A stretch of DNA of 64,000 nucleotides, taken from positions 974 to 64,973 of the forward strand of contig JAFSOV010000004.1 of NCBI GenBank assembly GCA_017443235.1, in the 5' to 3' direction. The stretch's first letter is position 1, and each line of letters begins with the position of its first letter. Under the pieces are notes generated by a model, which saw only the letters and a list, made by a program, of their open reading frames with translations, searched no databases and was not told the origin of the DNA. Made by a program: the position numbers and the translations under genes. Source of the stretch: Alphaproteobacteria bacterium. Its GTDB lineage: Bacteria > Pseudomonadota > Alphaproteobacteria > Rs-D84. Below, piece after piece: positions 46,818-56,955 of this stretch.

Positions 46818-47009
46818 TTGCAAAACGCAATTCAATCTGTTATTGGTGGCGAAGTGTTGATTGTATGCAAACCAATTGGCAAACCGGTCGGCAAGAATTT
46901 CTATCATTGGGTGGAAAATCAACCGGGCGATGTGGTTGTTGATTTTGACGAACCACGTTCGTTTGAAAAAGCGTACAAGAAATATATTCTGCAACAGAAA
47001 GGTAAATAA
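46818..47009 (+). CDS. hypothetical protein (TTG start in the track; frame open back to the preceding stop)
   Basis: 63-aa ORF in the same frame as 46473-46760. Confidence 0.35.
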   Translation: MQNAIQSVIGGEVLIVCKPIGKPVGKNFYHWVENQPGDVVVDFDEPRSFEKAYKKYILQQKGK

Positions 47010-47011
47010 AA

Positions 47012-48256
47012 CTATTTCCGTTTGTATGCCAAAATGTATGGCGATATTTTATCAATGCATTCCGCGGGAAACCATTTTCGCGGAATTTTTATTGCATTAT
47101 TTTGACCCGCGGACATTTTTGGTTGCACCATATCATCGCGGGCATTTATTATTTTCTCAACACGAACCGTCACAACATCAACCGCATTCGGTAAGACAAA
47201 GTTTATTTCTTCGCCGGCGTTGATTTCATTACGCAATTCCATTGTGACACCGTCACCATTCACCGCGGTGACAACACCCGCCGCATGATACGTGGACGTT
47301 GAACGCGCCGAATCATAATTGTGCGCATCGGGTGGAACCGGGCCATCAAAGAACGCCGTCGTGTAACCGCGCGATTCCAACACATTTAACATTTCCATAT
47401 AGGCGTCCGGGTCAAATTTTTCCGGGTCGCGCGCGTATGCATCCAACGCACAACGATACGCGTGAACAACACTGCCCACGTAATATTCGCTGCGGTTGCG
47501 ACCTTCTATCTTTAACGAATCGGGGGCGGATTCTAAAACCTCGGCCAAACGTGGCATTAAACACAAATCACGCGAATTCATAATATATGCGCCACGTTCG
47601 TCCTCGGTAATTGGCATTTCAATTCCCGATTCGTGTTCCCGCAGGATAACATCATATTTCCACCGGCACAGTTGCGCGCACGCGCCACGATTTGCCGGCC
47701 GCCCCGTTATAAAGTTCGACAACAAACATCGACCCGAATACGCCATACACATTGCACCGTGAACAAAGATTTCCAATTTTATATCTGGGCACGCACGGCG
47801 AATTGCGGCAAATTCCGCATGCGAAACTTCACGTGCCAACACGCACAATGACGCCCCCGCGTTTTGCCAAAACTTTACAGACGCGGCCGAGCAAATATTC
47901 GCCTGGGTTGAAATATGAATTGGCATATCGGGATGGTGTTCGCGTACCCATATTAAAACGCCCGGGTCGGCCACAATCAGCGCATCCGGATTCAAATATC
48001 GTATGGTTTCGGATACACGTGGCATATTCACGTATTCGCGGTCATGCGCAAACAGGTTGAACGCCAAATAGACTTTACGCCCGGCGGCGTGCGCCAATTC
48101 TATACCCGTTTTAACCTCTTCGGTGGTAATTTTCGCGCGCGCCCGCATTGAAAACCCCGGCAAACCGGCATATATGGCATCCGCGCCATAAAGAATCGCG
48201 GTTTTAAATGCGTCCAACGTTCCCGCCGGCGCCAAAAGTTCGGGCAGTTTTATCAT
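47012..48256 (-). CDS. peptidase U32 family protein
   Basis: Signature EIFVHGAMCMAYSGRCLLS. Confidence 0.85.
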   Translation of the reverse strand: MIKLPELLAPAGTLDAFKTAILYGADAIYAGLPGFSMRARAKITTEEVKTGIELAHAAGRKVYLAFNLFAHDREYVNMPRVSETIRYLNPDALIVADPGVLIWVREHHPDMPIHISTQANICSAASVKFWQNAGASLCVLAREVSHAEFAAIRRACPDIKLEIFVHGAMCMAYSGRCLLSNFITGRPANRGACAQLCRWKYDVILREHESGIEMPITEDERGAYIMNSRDLCLMPRLAEVLESAPDSLKIEGRNRSEYYVGSVVHAYRCALDAYARDPEKFDPDAYMEMLNVLESRGYTTAFFDGPVPPDAHNYDSARSTSTYHAAGVVTAVNGDGVTMELRNEINAGEEINFVLPNAVDVVTVRVEKIINARDDMVQPKMSAGQNNAIKIPRKWFPAECIDKISPYILAYKRK

Positions 48257-48328
48257 AAATCTTATTCTAACAATCTTTTATATATTTTCAATCAAATAAG
48301 AAAAACGGGCGTTTGCCCGTTAAAAAAC

Positions 48329-48793
48329 TTATCTTAATTTGCTTAACGCTTCTTTTATTGCGGCGTCACGTTGCTGTTCCGTGGCATTAAGGCTTTGTTT
48401 AGCTTGCCTCTTTTCGTTTACTTTCGCGGTTGCTTCTTTATATTTCCTTGCTTTTTCAGCCCTTTTTTGATAAACATCCCGCACCATCATTAGCAAATTA
48501 TGAAACCAATTTGTCCTTGCTTCTTGCATCTGGTTATTCGGTTCATAGTGGCAATCCATTTTGTAAACCAGATTCCCTTGTTTATCTTTAACGGTTATTG
48601 AAGCATCCGCGGCCGTACCCAAATTCATATAAAGGTCTATATCGTCTAACCTATATATTTCCATATTGCCTTCATTTGTACCAGGTTTGCCATATTCGCA
48701 TGTTATGCTTTCAGATTTTTTCACTTTTTTAGCCAAGAGGCTAATCAACTTTTCTTCCTGACGAAACTGCTTGTTAAAAATAAGTATCATCAA
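48329..48793 (-). CDS. hypothetical protein
   Basis: 154-aa ORF, no recognised motif. Confidence 0.45.
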   Translation of the reverse strand: MMILIFNKQFRQEEKLISLLAKKVKKSESITCEYGKPGTNEGNMEIYRLDDIDLYMNLGTAADASITVKDKQGNLVYKMDCHYEPNNQMQEARTNWFHNLLMMVRDVYQKRAEKARKYKEATAKVNEKRQAKQSLNATEQQRDAAIKEALSKLR

Positions 48794-48898
48794 AGTCCCC
48801 TTTGTTATTGGAATAATTGTACATAAATGGCATAAAAAGTCAATATTTTAAAATTTTTGCTTGCTTTGATTCCGCGCATATGTATAATTATGTGGCAT

Positions 48899-48975
48899 TG
48901 CCGGTTTAGCTCAGTTGGTAGAGCGGCTGATTTGTAATCAGTAGGTCATTGGTTCAAGTCCGATAACCGGCACCA
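48899..48975 (+). tRNA. tRNA-Thr (UGU)
   Basis: GCCGGTTTAGCTCAGTTGGTAGAGCGGCTGATTTGTAATCAGT..GGTTCAAGTCCGATAACCGGCACCA. TTGCTT-16-TATAAT lies upstream and a terminator follows. Confidence 0.9.
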
Positions 48976-49172
48976 GGAATAAAGCCGGCGTTTTGCCGGT
49001 TTTTCTTTTTTGTTTTTTTTGCGTGCGTTATAAAAATCAAAGGAATTTTTACCTGTGTCGTTGTGTTATAAAATTGTGTATTTTATGATTACGGAATAAT
49101 AAAAAATCAAACGATTGACTTAAATAATAACCTGTGATATTATTTGGTGGTTTTTAAATAAGGGGTATTTTT

Positions 49173-49898
49173 ATGAAATTGGTAAAACAATCCAGTGTCG
49201 CCGCCAGCCTGTGTGATGCTTCGGTAAATTTATCTGCGATTGGAGCATTTCAAATTGTGGAAAATATGATTACAGAATTTATGGGAAAACAAAAAATAGA
49301 TGGCCTTACATCCATACGCGAATACAATGCAATGTGGGTATTTATTCGCAATCGTGTCGAAATTTATCAAACACTGCACTGGATGGACGAATATACCGCC
49401 GAATGTTATATCAGTTCAATCGGCAATGCCAAAATGATAGTTGATACAGTCATAAAATCTAATGATAAAATTGCTATTGCGGCACGCACACAAATTTGCG
49501 CACTGGATTTATCAACCGGGAAAATTCGGCGCTGCGATACCGTTGGCATAGACGAACATATTTTGCCAACCACCCCAGAAATAAATATTGAATTTACCAA
49601 TACAAATTTCGAACCAATCGAATTGATTGATACCGGTGTTTCGCGCTTTACAGACATTGATTATTGCCAACACACAAATAATATGACCTATGTTCGGTAT
49701 ATTATCAATCAATACAATTTATCATGGATAAAAGAAAACCCAATTACCGCAATTGAAATACAATTTATAAACCAGACATTTGAAGGCGATAAACTTGAAA
49801 TCTATCGTTGTTCAAATAATAATTTTTCTATTCGGTGCAACGACAAGACCGTCGCGAATTGCATAATCAAAACAGAGCATAAAGAATTGAGTAATTGA
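49173..49898 (+). CDS. acyl-ACP thioesterase-like (double hotdog) protein
   Basis: 241 aa. The overall pattern resembles the FatA/B-type thioesterase family. The assignment is tentative. Confidence 0.45.
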   Translation: MKLVKQSSVAASLCDASVNLSAIGAFQIVENMITEFMGKQKIDGLTSIREYNAMWVFIRNRVEIYQTLHWMDEYTAECYISSIGNAKMIVDTVIKSNDKIAIAARTQICALDLSTGKIRRCDTVGIDEHILPTTPEINIEFTNTNFEPIELIDTGVSRFTDIDYCQHTNNMTYVRYIINQYNLSWIKENPITAIEIQFINQTFEGDKLEIYRCSNNNFSIRCNDKTVANCIIKTEHKELSN

Positions 49899-49945
49899 TT
49901 TAAATTCTTTGTTATGCTAAATTTTATGAACACAAAGGGGGTTGC

Positions 49946-50530
49946 ATGAAAAACACAAAAGAAAAATTGTTGGAAAATGCGACTACTATGTTCGCAGAGC
50001 ATGGATTTGACGGCGTATCTACACGCAGTTTGGTTACCGTGTCCATGGTGAATTTATGCACAATAAATTACTATTTCGGTTCCAAACAGAAATTATATGA
50101 TGCGGTTATTGACAATATTATAAATAATGTTCAAGAAAACCTTATTAAAAAGACGGATGAATATATCAAATGCAATATTCCGGCCGGTGAAAAAATTGTT
50201 TTTATAATTGGGGAATTTTTTGATTATCTGTTTTCTAATAATGTTTCAAATTCTATGGCATTGATTTTGTTTCGCGAATTGTTAAACACAACACCGGGTG
50301 GCGACAGAATTTATTCAGAAATTATGGAGCCATTAAAAAAACAATTTGTAAATTTGATAATCCAAGAAACCGGCGCAACAAAACAAAGCGCATATATCAA
50401 TGCACATTGCCTGGTTAGCCAGACCGTATCTTTTCGATTATTGCAAAACAGAAAACATTATTCACGCGAATTTCTAAAAAGCGCAAAGCAACAAATTATC
50501 GAAAACTGTAAAAAAATTTTGGAACATTAA
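49946..50530 (+). CDS. TetR-family transcriptional regulator
   Basis: N-terminal HTH FAEHGFDGVSTRSLVTVSMVNLCTINYYFGSKQKLY. Confidence 0.8.
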   Translation: MKNTKEKLLENATTMFAEHGFDGVSTRSLVTVSMVNLCTINYYFGSKQKLYDAVIDNIINNVQENLIKKTDEYIKCNIPAGEKIVFIIGEFFDYLFSNNVSNSMALILFRELLNTTPGGDRIYSEIMEPLKKQFVNLIIQETGATKQSAYINAHCLVSQTVSFRLLQNRKHYSREFLKSAKQQIIENCKKILEH

Positions 50531-50557
50531 AAAACGGAATCAATCGATTCCGTTTTT
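50525..50557. repeat. terminator hairpin, left copy of a duplicated ~33-bp sequence
   Basis: CATTAAAAAACGGAATCAATCGATTCCGTTTTT recurs at 53471-53506, with three extra A there. Confidence 0.8.
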
Positions 50558-50604
50558 TTAGTTTTTGTTTTCTTAACTAGAAATATGGGATTTGTTTAAG
50601 AAAA

Positions 50605-51516
50605 TTACTTTTCTTCATCTGGTAATCTGCCAAACGGAAGGAAATTTATACCACCCGTTATGTTGGCATGTTCCGCGCCACCAATTTGATAATTTCCCAA
50701 TGTTACTATCCACATTAAATTACCGTTATCATCAAATGCACCCCCACCGGAATTACCACTCCAGCCTTGGCAGCCTGTAAACTGACTTTTTGAATTTTGG
50801 GAACATTTAGAAACTTTTAATAAATTGTCTTCAAAACGCCGACGATTGTTCAAAATAAACATTTCTACGCCGTTGCCACGCACCCCACCATCCGCCGTAT
50901 GAACGTCTTGGACCTTAACAACATTCTCGATAAACTTTATATAATCATCCTTAATTTCTTGTATTTCTTGATCACTCATTATTTTTAATGCACCATAACC
51001 AATAATCCGGACATCTTTGGCACCACGGGCAAAAGAATCGTTTATTTTTACATACGCACCATCTAAAACCTCTTTTACACCATCGGCTGAATTTGACCCG
51101 ATTGTTAGCAATCTGTACTTTGCCCAATCCCCATTTGGGTTCGTTCCATCGGCATAATTAAAATTGCCCTTTTTAACCAACCGTGCATTAAGTTCGCGAC
51201 CATTTGGCAACCTGATTCTTACCAAATCATCAATAATATTATCGTGATTAGAATCTACACAATGTTTGGCGGTATATAAAAAATATCCCACATCGTCTTG
51301 TGTTAGCCCTTGTCTTTTTACTATGGTCCCCGAACAATGTGTGCGTTCATTGGCAAAAACAAATGTCGCAACCGCATTATATGGTTTCTCTTGTTTTTGT
51401 TCATCGGTAACATAGCACCGTTTATCAATCGTATACAATTCAGGATTGGTACACGCATCATCAGCCCAAGAAATTAACGGTACGCACAATAAAAACCATA
51501 CGATGATTTGTTTCAT
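50605..51516 (-). CDS. secreted trypsin-like (S1) serine protease
   Basis: Signal peptide, His block TAKHCV, Ser block GWSGNSGGGAF. Confidence 0.75.
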   Translation of the reverse strand: MKQIIVWFLLCVPLISWADDACTNPELYTIDKRCYVTDEQKQEKPYNAVATFVFANERTHCSGTIVKRQGLTQDDVGYFLYTAKHCVDSNHDNIIDDLVRIRLPNGRELNARLVKKGNFNYADGTNPNGDWAKYRLLTIGSNSADGVKEVLDGAYVKINDSFARGAKDVRIIGYGALKIMSDQEIQEIKDDYIKFIENVVKVQDVHTADGGVRGNGVEMFILNNRRRFEDNLLKVSKCSQNSKSQFTGCQGWSGNSGGGAFDDNGNLMWIVTLGNYQIGGAEHANITGGINFLPFGRLPDEEK

Positions 51517-51518
51517 AA

Positions 51519-52220
51519 TTATTCGATATTTGGTTTACAATCATATCCATAATCACTAAGGCTTAATGCAATGTCCGTGATCCTCCTATCTCTGATCTGA
51601 ATATTCCCATGCGTACCAGAAAAAACCTGTTCCGAATATCCGTTGGTAACAGATGTCGTGGATTCACAATTAACAATAGGAACCAAACAACAAACATTAT
51701 AAAATTTATTTTTGCCGCCCTTGCTGGCCGGTCGGCTTACAACACATCTATTATCTGTTTTGGAACAATCTATATTTTTGCTTGTTCCCGGAATAATAGT
51801 ATAGCCGTCATAACTATGTTCATTGCCACATTTACTTCTCGCCAGCCTTTCCATATATGATTGATGACACTGGGAATGTTCTTTAACACCGGTTTCTACC
51901 ACAATCTTGGCCGAAGACATTGCGACATACCAAACATATTGTAAATTTCTGTCATAATCCAAATCAGGCCAACTCTTACAATCCTCCAGTTCTACTGAAT
52001 GCCACATTTGTTTATCACCGTCCGTATAAGGCAAGAGTAGATCTATTTCGCTTACATTCGCATAGTTAACAATTTTTTTACACAACACGATCGCCGTTGC
52101 CAAATCAATCTTGCCGGCAATGTAATCCGCATTCATAGATTCTATATTGAATGGCGGATTGTCACAATACGCGTTTTGGACATAAAACAAACAGGACAAA
52201 ATTATTAAAAAATTCTTCAT
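51519..52220 (-). CDS. secreted cysteine-rich protein, unknown function
   Basis: Start at MKNFLIILSCLF with RBS AGGAGAG. Signal peptide. Confidence 0.55.
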   Translation of the reverse strand: MKNFLIILSCLFYVQNAYCDNPPFNIESMNADYIAGKIDLATAIVLCKKIVNYANVSEIDLLLPYTDGDKQMWHSVELEDCKSWPDLDYDRNLQYVWYVAMSSAKIVVETGVKEHSQCHQSYMERLARSKCGNEHSYDGYTIIPGTSKNIDCSKTDNRCVVSRPASKGGKNKFYNVCCLVPIVNCESTTSVTNGYSEQVFSGTHGNIQIRDRRITDIALSLSDYGYDCKPNIE

Positions 52221-52230
52221 ATTTTCTCTC

Positions 52231-53199
52231 CTACTGTTGCAAAGCCTCTTCACACATTTCGGCTTGGCGTATCATTTTTTTTGTTAAAGTTATTAGTGAA
52301 ATATTTAACCCCGTCTCTACCAAACCTGTACCAACATTAACCCCCGACATTATGTTGGCCGTCGTATTCAAATTATTTACACTTTGTTTTTCAGATTCTG
52401 TTAAGGCGATTCTTTGTTCCGCATTCATATATTTATTGGAATTGGATGATGCACTGGCCGCTGTGCCAATACCACCAACCACAACGCCTGCGATTGATGT
52501 GCCCATTACACCTTTCATACGTTTTTCTATTTTTTGTGCATCACTGACGTTTATCTGGTTACACCAGGTCTTTACATTATTGATTTTTTTCGCTATTGGA
52601 TTATCCAACGGACTTACACCCGCAGATGTCAATTTGGCCGGCATATCTGACAAAGATTTTATCATTTTATTGCACGCCTCTATATGCTGAATCAAATCAG
52701 ATTGATTTGCGTTTACGCCCGATATTATTGCAGATGCCAAATTTGTGCCGATTGTTCCGGCCATTAAACCGGTGCGCCAATTACCCAATTTTTTAGAGCG
52801 GTCTAATTTGTTCTGTAATTCCGCAATTTCTGCCATCGGGGAAATTACATCGGTATAAAATTGTTCAAGACTCATTGTTTTGATACTTTCCGCAGAGCAA
52901 CCACCTTTTGCGCATATTTGGTCTATCAATGATTCTATTTCCCTTTCTTCGCTTGATTTCGCTATGCCAACGGCCAACGCACCACCGGCTGCAACGGTTC
53001 CAACCCCGGTTACCGCGGTGTTTATTTTTGATACATTTGAAACTTTTGAAATTTCATCGGATAATCCCGAACAAACTATTTTTGTGGCATTAAACAATTC
53101 TGTTGCGTTGTTAACAATATTGTCGCTATCAGAATCTACTTGGCCGAACGACTGGACGGTTATTAAGCCGAATATACACACAACTATAAATTTTTTCAT
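52231..53199 (-). CDS. secreted protein with four glycine-zipper-like hydrophobic segments
   Basis: Signal peptide. Segments TGVGTVAAGGALAVGIA, GLMAGTIGTNLASAIISG, MGTSIAGVVVGGIGTAA and GVNVGTGLVETGL. Confidence 0.6.
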   Translation of the reverse strand: MKKFIVVCIFGLITVQSFGQVDSDSDNIVNNATELFNATKIVCSGLSDEISKVSNVSKINTAVTGVGTVAAGGALAVGIAKSSEEREIESLIDQICAKGGCSAESIKTMSLEQFYTDVISPMAEIAELQNKLDRSKKLGNWRTGLMAGTIGTNLASAIISGVNANQSDLIQHIEACNKMIKSLSDMPAKLTSAGVSPLDNPIAKKINNVKTWCNQINVSDAQKIEKRMKGVMGTSIAGVVVGGIGTAASASSNSNKYMNAEQRIALTESEKQSVNNLNTTANIMSGVNVGTGLVETGLNISLITLTKKMIRQAEMCEEALQQ

Positions 53200-53237
53200 A
53201 CCTTATCCTTTCTTTACGAATGTTCGATTAGACACGA

Positions 53238-53453
53238 ACAAAAAACCACCAGACAAAGCAAGTGGTTGGAGGTTCAGAACTATTATGCTCGGCAAATAGT
53301 GGGCTTATTCAACATATTCACCGCCCTCCAACCCTGCCTTAGGTTGGAGGTATTTTTTGTCCCCGCGGACACCGAACATAACAAGGGTTCTGACACCCAA
53401 CAAAGCAACCGCCCTGTCAATGGTATGTTACACTAAAATTGGATAAAAATCAA
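53238..53453 (-). promoter_or_regulatory. type II (CTCCAACC) leader/sRNA module, copy c
   Basis: On the minus strand: TTGATT-17-TAACAT, CCTCCAACC-loop-GGTTGGAGG hairpin, GAATAT..GAATAAG box, a second CCTCCAACC overlapping the terminator AACCAC..GTGGTT plus T6. Confidence 0.6.
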
Positions 53454-53470
53454 AACAATAATAAAAACAC

Positions 53471-53506
53471 CATTAAAAAAAAACGGAATCAATCGATTCC
53501 GTTTTT
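53471..53506. repeat. terminator hairpin, right copy of the duplicated sequence
   Basis: CATTAAAAAAAAACGGAATCAATCGATTCCGTTTTT. Confidence 0.8.
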
Positions 53507-53509
53507 AAT

Positions 53510-54265
53510 TTATTCTTTGTTTTCTTGTTTGGCGCGTTCTTTTTCGTGCCGGTCAACCGCATTCGCAACGCTTTCTATTTGCAGTAATTGATTTTCCAAT
53601 GCGCTGCGTTCAGAATTTTTATAACCGGTTTCTTCGTTTCCCGCCGGTGACGGACGCGTGTCTTTACCCGGCACTGCATCGCCGTCAACCACACGCGGAT
53701 TAATCAGGTTATCAAAAATCTTTTTTGATTCACGCGAACCCGCGACATCACGTTGCAACAATTTGTTTTCCGGGCCGGGGATAAACCATTCGTCCAATTT
53801 AACCGCCGTCATTTGCATAATTGGACGCGTGCGCGCATCTTCTATCCAATGCGGCATACGCGGCGCATCCGAATAATACCATAATGCAACCCAATACGCC
53901 ACACCCATAACAATAACACCACGAACAATACCAAATATCACCCCCAATGTGTGGTCGGTGACATTCATCACGCTGTCTTGAATACGGTCACGCAGTTTCT
54001 GGTTAAAGAATCCGGCAATCAACAATATCACAAAGAACACAATGAAATACGATGCCACCAATGTTCCAACCGTTGATTCGGCCAACCCAAACCAAGATTG
54101 CAACAATCCATCCAACCAAGGCGACACAAAACGCGCCGTCACCGCCGCCACAACCCATGACAGTGTGGCAACGGTTTCGTAAATTCCGCCACGAATTGTC
54201 GCCCATACCGTTGACGCCAACAACACGCCAATATAGATATAATCAAGTCCAGTTAAATTAAACAT
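53510..54265 (-). CDS. cvpA: CvpA-family membrane protein
   Basis: Four N-terminal TM helices with the CvpA-like start (DYIYIGVLLASTVWATIRG) and a hydrophilic tail. Confidence 0.65.
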   Translation of the reverse strand: MFNLTGLDYIYIGVLLASTVWATIRGGIYETVATLSWVVAAVTARFVSPWLDGLLQSWFGLAESTVGTLVASYFIVFFVILLIAGFFNQKLRDRIQDSVMNVTDHTLGVIFGIVRGVIVMGVAYWVALWYYSDAPRMPHWIEDARTRPIMQMTAVKLDEWFIPGPENKLLQRDVAGSRESKKIFDNLINPRVVDGDAVPGKDTRPSPAGNEETGYKNSERSALENQLLQIESVANAVDRHEKERAKQENKE

Positions 54266-54275
54266 AGTTCATCCG

Positions 54276-54866
54276 TTATTTTTTATTTCCTTTGCGCGTT
54301 AAAACAAAACCCAAACCAACGACCAATGCAACCAAGATGACATAAAACACCCATCCGCTGTCCGTCTTTTTTGCTACTTTGTTATTTTTTTTTTGCGCGT
54401 CATCATTGGCGCTTTTGACTTTGCGTTCAACAATCGCGTTTGGCCTGTCTTCGTGCGCCCGTTTGAACGCATCTGCATCCGCCGCAATTGCCTTTTTATT
54501 TTCCGCCGCGATGGATTTTGCCGCGTCCGTCATGTCGGCCTCGACCGCGGCACGCAAATCGTCCGCCATAGAATCCGCATAACCCTGGAAACATTTTTCA
54601 CCGATAACCAAAACCGGAACGCCGCCCGATTCGTATTTGCATTTTTTCAAAGTGTTCATAAATTCCGGACGATTCGCAGATTCCATAACATTGACCATCG
54701 TCACATTCAATTCCGGATATTCATAAATTAAATTATTTGAAATAAAATCGCGTGCATGATGACAATGCGGACATGTAGGCGAATAATAAACCGTGATATC
54801 CGCCGCGTATGCGGTCGCCCCAAACATCGCACCAATCAATGCCCCAAACACAGATATTTTTTTCAT
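54276..54866 (-). CDS. secreted thioredoxin-fold thiol:disulfide oxidoreductase with C-terminal TM anchor
   Basis: Signal peptide, CPHC active site, C-terminal helix WVFYVILVALVVGLGFVL. Confidence 0.7.
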   Translation of the reverse strand: MKKISVFGALIGAMFGATAYAADITVYYSPTCPHCHHARDFISNNLIYEYPELNVTMVNVMESANRPEFMNTLKKCKYESGGVPVLVIGEKCFQGYADSMADDLRAAVEADMTDAAKSIAAENKKAIAADADAFKRAHEDRPNAIVERKVKSANDDAQKKNNKVAKKTDSGWVFYVILVALVVGLGFVLTRKGNKK

Positions 54867-55006
54867 TTTTTCTCCTTTTGTAATTTTTTTTGATTATAGA
54901 AATAACATATGCGGTGGCGCAAGTTGTTTTTGAAAAAAATTAAACTATTTTTCCTGTGGCGATAAAAAATTTATTCGATAAAATGTTTTCAAAAGGAGTT
55001 GAAGAT

Positions 55007-55591
55007 ATGTTTAACCTGAATGATTTTCCGTTGCCTTTTCGTGAAACAGATTTGGTCCCATATATGTCGGTTGAAACCGTGCGGTTGCATCACGATAAAC
55101 ATTTGGGGGGATATATTGCAAACCTGAATAAACTGATTGCGGATACAAAATATGCAGATATGGATTTACGTGAAATCATCGTGAATTCGGCACACGACGC
55201 GTCCGCACAAAAGATATTTAATAATGCGGCCCAGGTGTTTAATCACGAATTCTTTTTCAATTGTTTGGGGCGCGGCAATAATACCGTTCCAGATTTAATC
55301 ACCGATGCATTTGGCGGCGCGGCCGAATTCAAAGAAAAATTCAAATCTGTGGCGGCCGATGTATTTGGTTCGGGATGGGTTTGGTTGACATATGATAATA
55401 AAAAATTCGAAATTTTGGCCACACAAAATGCGGACACACCGATTGCGCATAGGAAAAAACCGGTGTTGACTTTGGACCTGTGGGAACACGCATATTACTT
55501 GGATTTTCAAAACAGACGTGCGGATTTTGTTGATGTATTTTTGAACGGTTTAATTGATTGGAAATTTGTAATCGACAATATGAATATGTAA
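55007..55591 (+). CDS. sodB: Fe/Mn superoxide dismutase
   Basis: HHDKHL, FNNAAQVFNHEFF and DLWEHAYYLD. ATG at 55007 with RBS AAGGAG. Confidence 0.85.
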   Translation: MFNLNDFPLPFRETDLVPYMSVETVRLHHDKHLGGYIANLNKLIADTKYADMDLREIIVNSAHDASAQKIFNNAAQVFNHEFFFNCLGRGNNTVPDLITDAFGGAAEFKEKFKSVAADVFGSGWVWLTYDNKKFEILATQNADTPIAHRKKPVLTLDLWEHAYYLDFQNRRADFVDVFLNGLIDWKFVIDNMNM

Positions 55592-55593
55592 TT

Positions 55594-55896
55594 TTACCGT
55601 GCAACGGTTATTAAACGCACATCATCAAATTCTGGGCACCGATTAAATATGGATTGCGCGCGCGGACACAGGCACAGAATTTTTCGTCCCGTACGACGTG
55701 CAAATTCTACAACACATTGCACCAGGTTTTTGCACACATCACCGTCATCGTACCCGTCGTCTATGTACGTGTGTTCAATAATGACACGATTTCCGCCAAC
55801 AATGGCAATATCTATTTCACCAATTTGCACATTTCCCCGGCACGCACAAAAACCGCGTCCATTTTCCATTTCTGTATATTCTATATCTGTTGGCAT
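55594..55896 (-). CDS. small GNAT-like (YjdJ-type) acetyltransferase domain protein
   Basis: 100 aa. The pattern resembles the Acetyltransf_CG family. Confidence 0.5.
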   Translation of the reverse strand: MPTDIEYTEMENGRGFCACRGNVQIGEIDIAIVGGNRVIIEHTYIDDGYDDGDVCKNLVQCVVEFARRTGRKILCLCPRAQSIFNRCPEFDDVRLITVAR

Positions 55897-55991
55897 TTTT
55901 ATGATTCCCCTGTGCTATAAAAATACCACAGTGTCACAGATGCATAAATATGAATGTTTGCCAACGGACGGGTATGTTTTCCCCGCCGATA

Positions 55992-56921
55992 TTAAATACG
56001 TGAAAAATTCTTTTGAATAATTTTTCCACTGCGGCGCAATGCGGCCGATTCGGTCGATGACATTTTTGGCATCAAAGTCATAACAACACCATTCGCACCG
56101 ACTACGCGCGGCAAAGACATCGCAACCGTGTGCGCCCCAGTACCGGCAACAATGGACACGGTCAAAATTCTGTGTTCATCGTTTATGATACATTTCAACA
56201 AATCGGCAACGGCGGCACCTATGCCGTCCCACGTTGCGCCACGCCCACGAATAATTTCGTATGCCGCATTACGAACACGATATTCAATCGTTTCGCGCGT
56301 GGCGGCGGTCATTGTTATCTTGGATTGGTGACAAAAATCGTCCAAAGATAATCCACCAACCGTGACGGACGACCAATCGATAACACTGCTGTCGCCATGT
56401 TCACCCAAAACATAGGAATGAATGGATTGTGGCGACACATCCAAACCGCGGGCCAATATCGTACGCAAACGCGCCGTGTCCAACATTGTTCCCGTACCAA
56501 TTACGCGTGACGGTGGCAACTTAGAAAGACTTTGTGCCAACATAACCATAACGTCCAACGGATTTGTGACCAAAATTAAAATCACGCGTTTTGGGTCAAC
56601 ATTCGCCATAACGCGTGGCACAATATCGCGAATAACTTCGGCGTTGTTTTGTAATAAATCGGTGCGGGTTTCGCCCGGTTTTTGATTTGCGCCGGCGGAA
56701 ATGATAACTATGTCCGAACCGCGAATACCGCGATAATTATTCACCGCAGAAATTTTAACATCAAAACCGAATGCGGCGGCGTGGCCCAAATCTTCGGCGG
56801 CGGCACGTGCGCGCACGCCATCACGGTCATATAAAACAATTTCATGAACCAGACCAGTATTTTTAACCGCCGTTGCAACGGCCGAACCAACAGTTCCCAC
56901 ACCAATAATTGCTATCTTCAT
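55992..56921 (-). CDS. ldh: L-lactate dehydrogenase
   Basis: IGVGTVGS NAD site. GANQKPGETRTDL has Gln rather than the Arg of MDH. GEHGDS. Confidence 0.85.
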   Translation of the reverse strand: MKIAIIGVGTVGSAVATAVKNTGLVHEIVLYDRDGVRARAAAEDLGHAAAFGFDVKISAVNNYRGIRGSDIVIISAGANQKPGETRTDLLQNNAEVIRDIVPRVMANVDPKRVILILVTNPLDVMVMLAQSLSKLPPSRVIGTGTMLDTARLRTILARGLDVSPQSIHSYVLGEHGDSSVIDWSSVTVGGLSLDDFCHQSKITMTAATRETIEYRVRNAAYEIIRGRGATWDGIGAAVADLLKCIINDEHRILTVSIVAGTGAHTVAMSLPRVVGANGVVMTLMPKMSSTESAALRRSGKIIQKNFSRI

Positions 56922-56955
56922 ATCGCTCTCCTGTTGGAAACATTATAGCATATTT

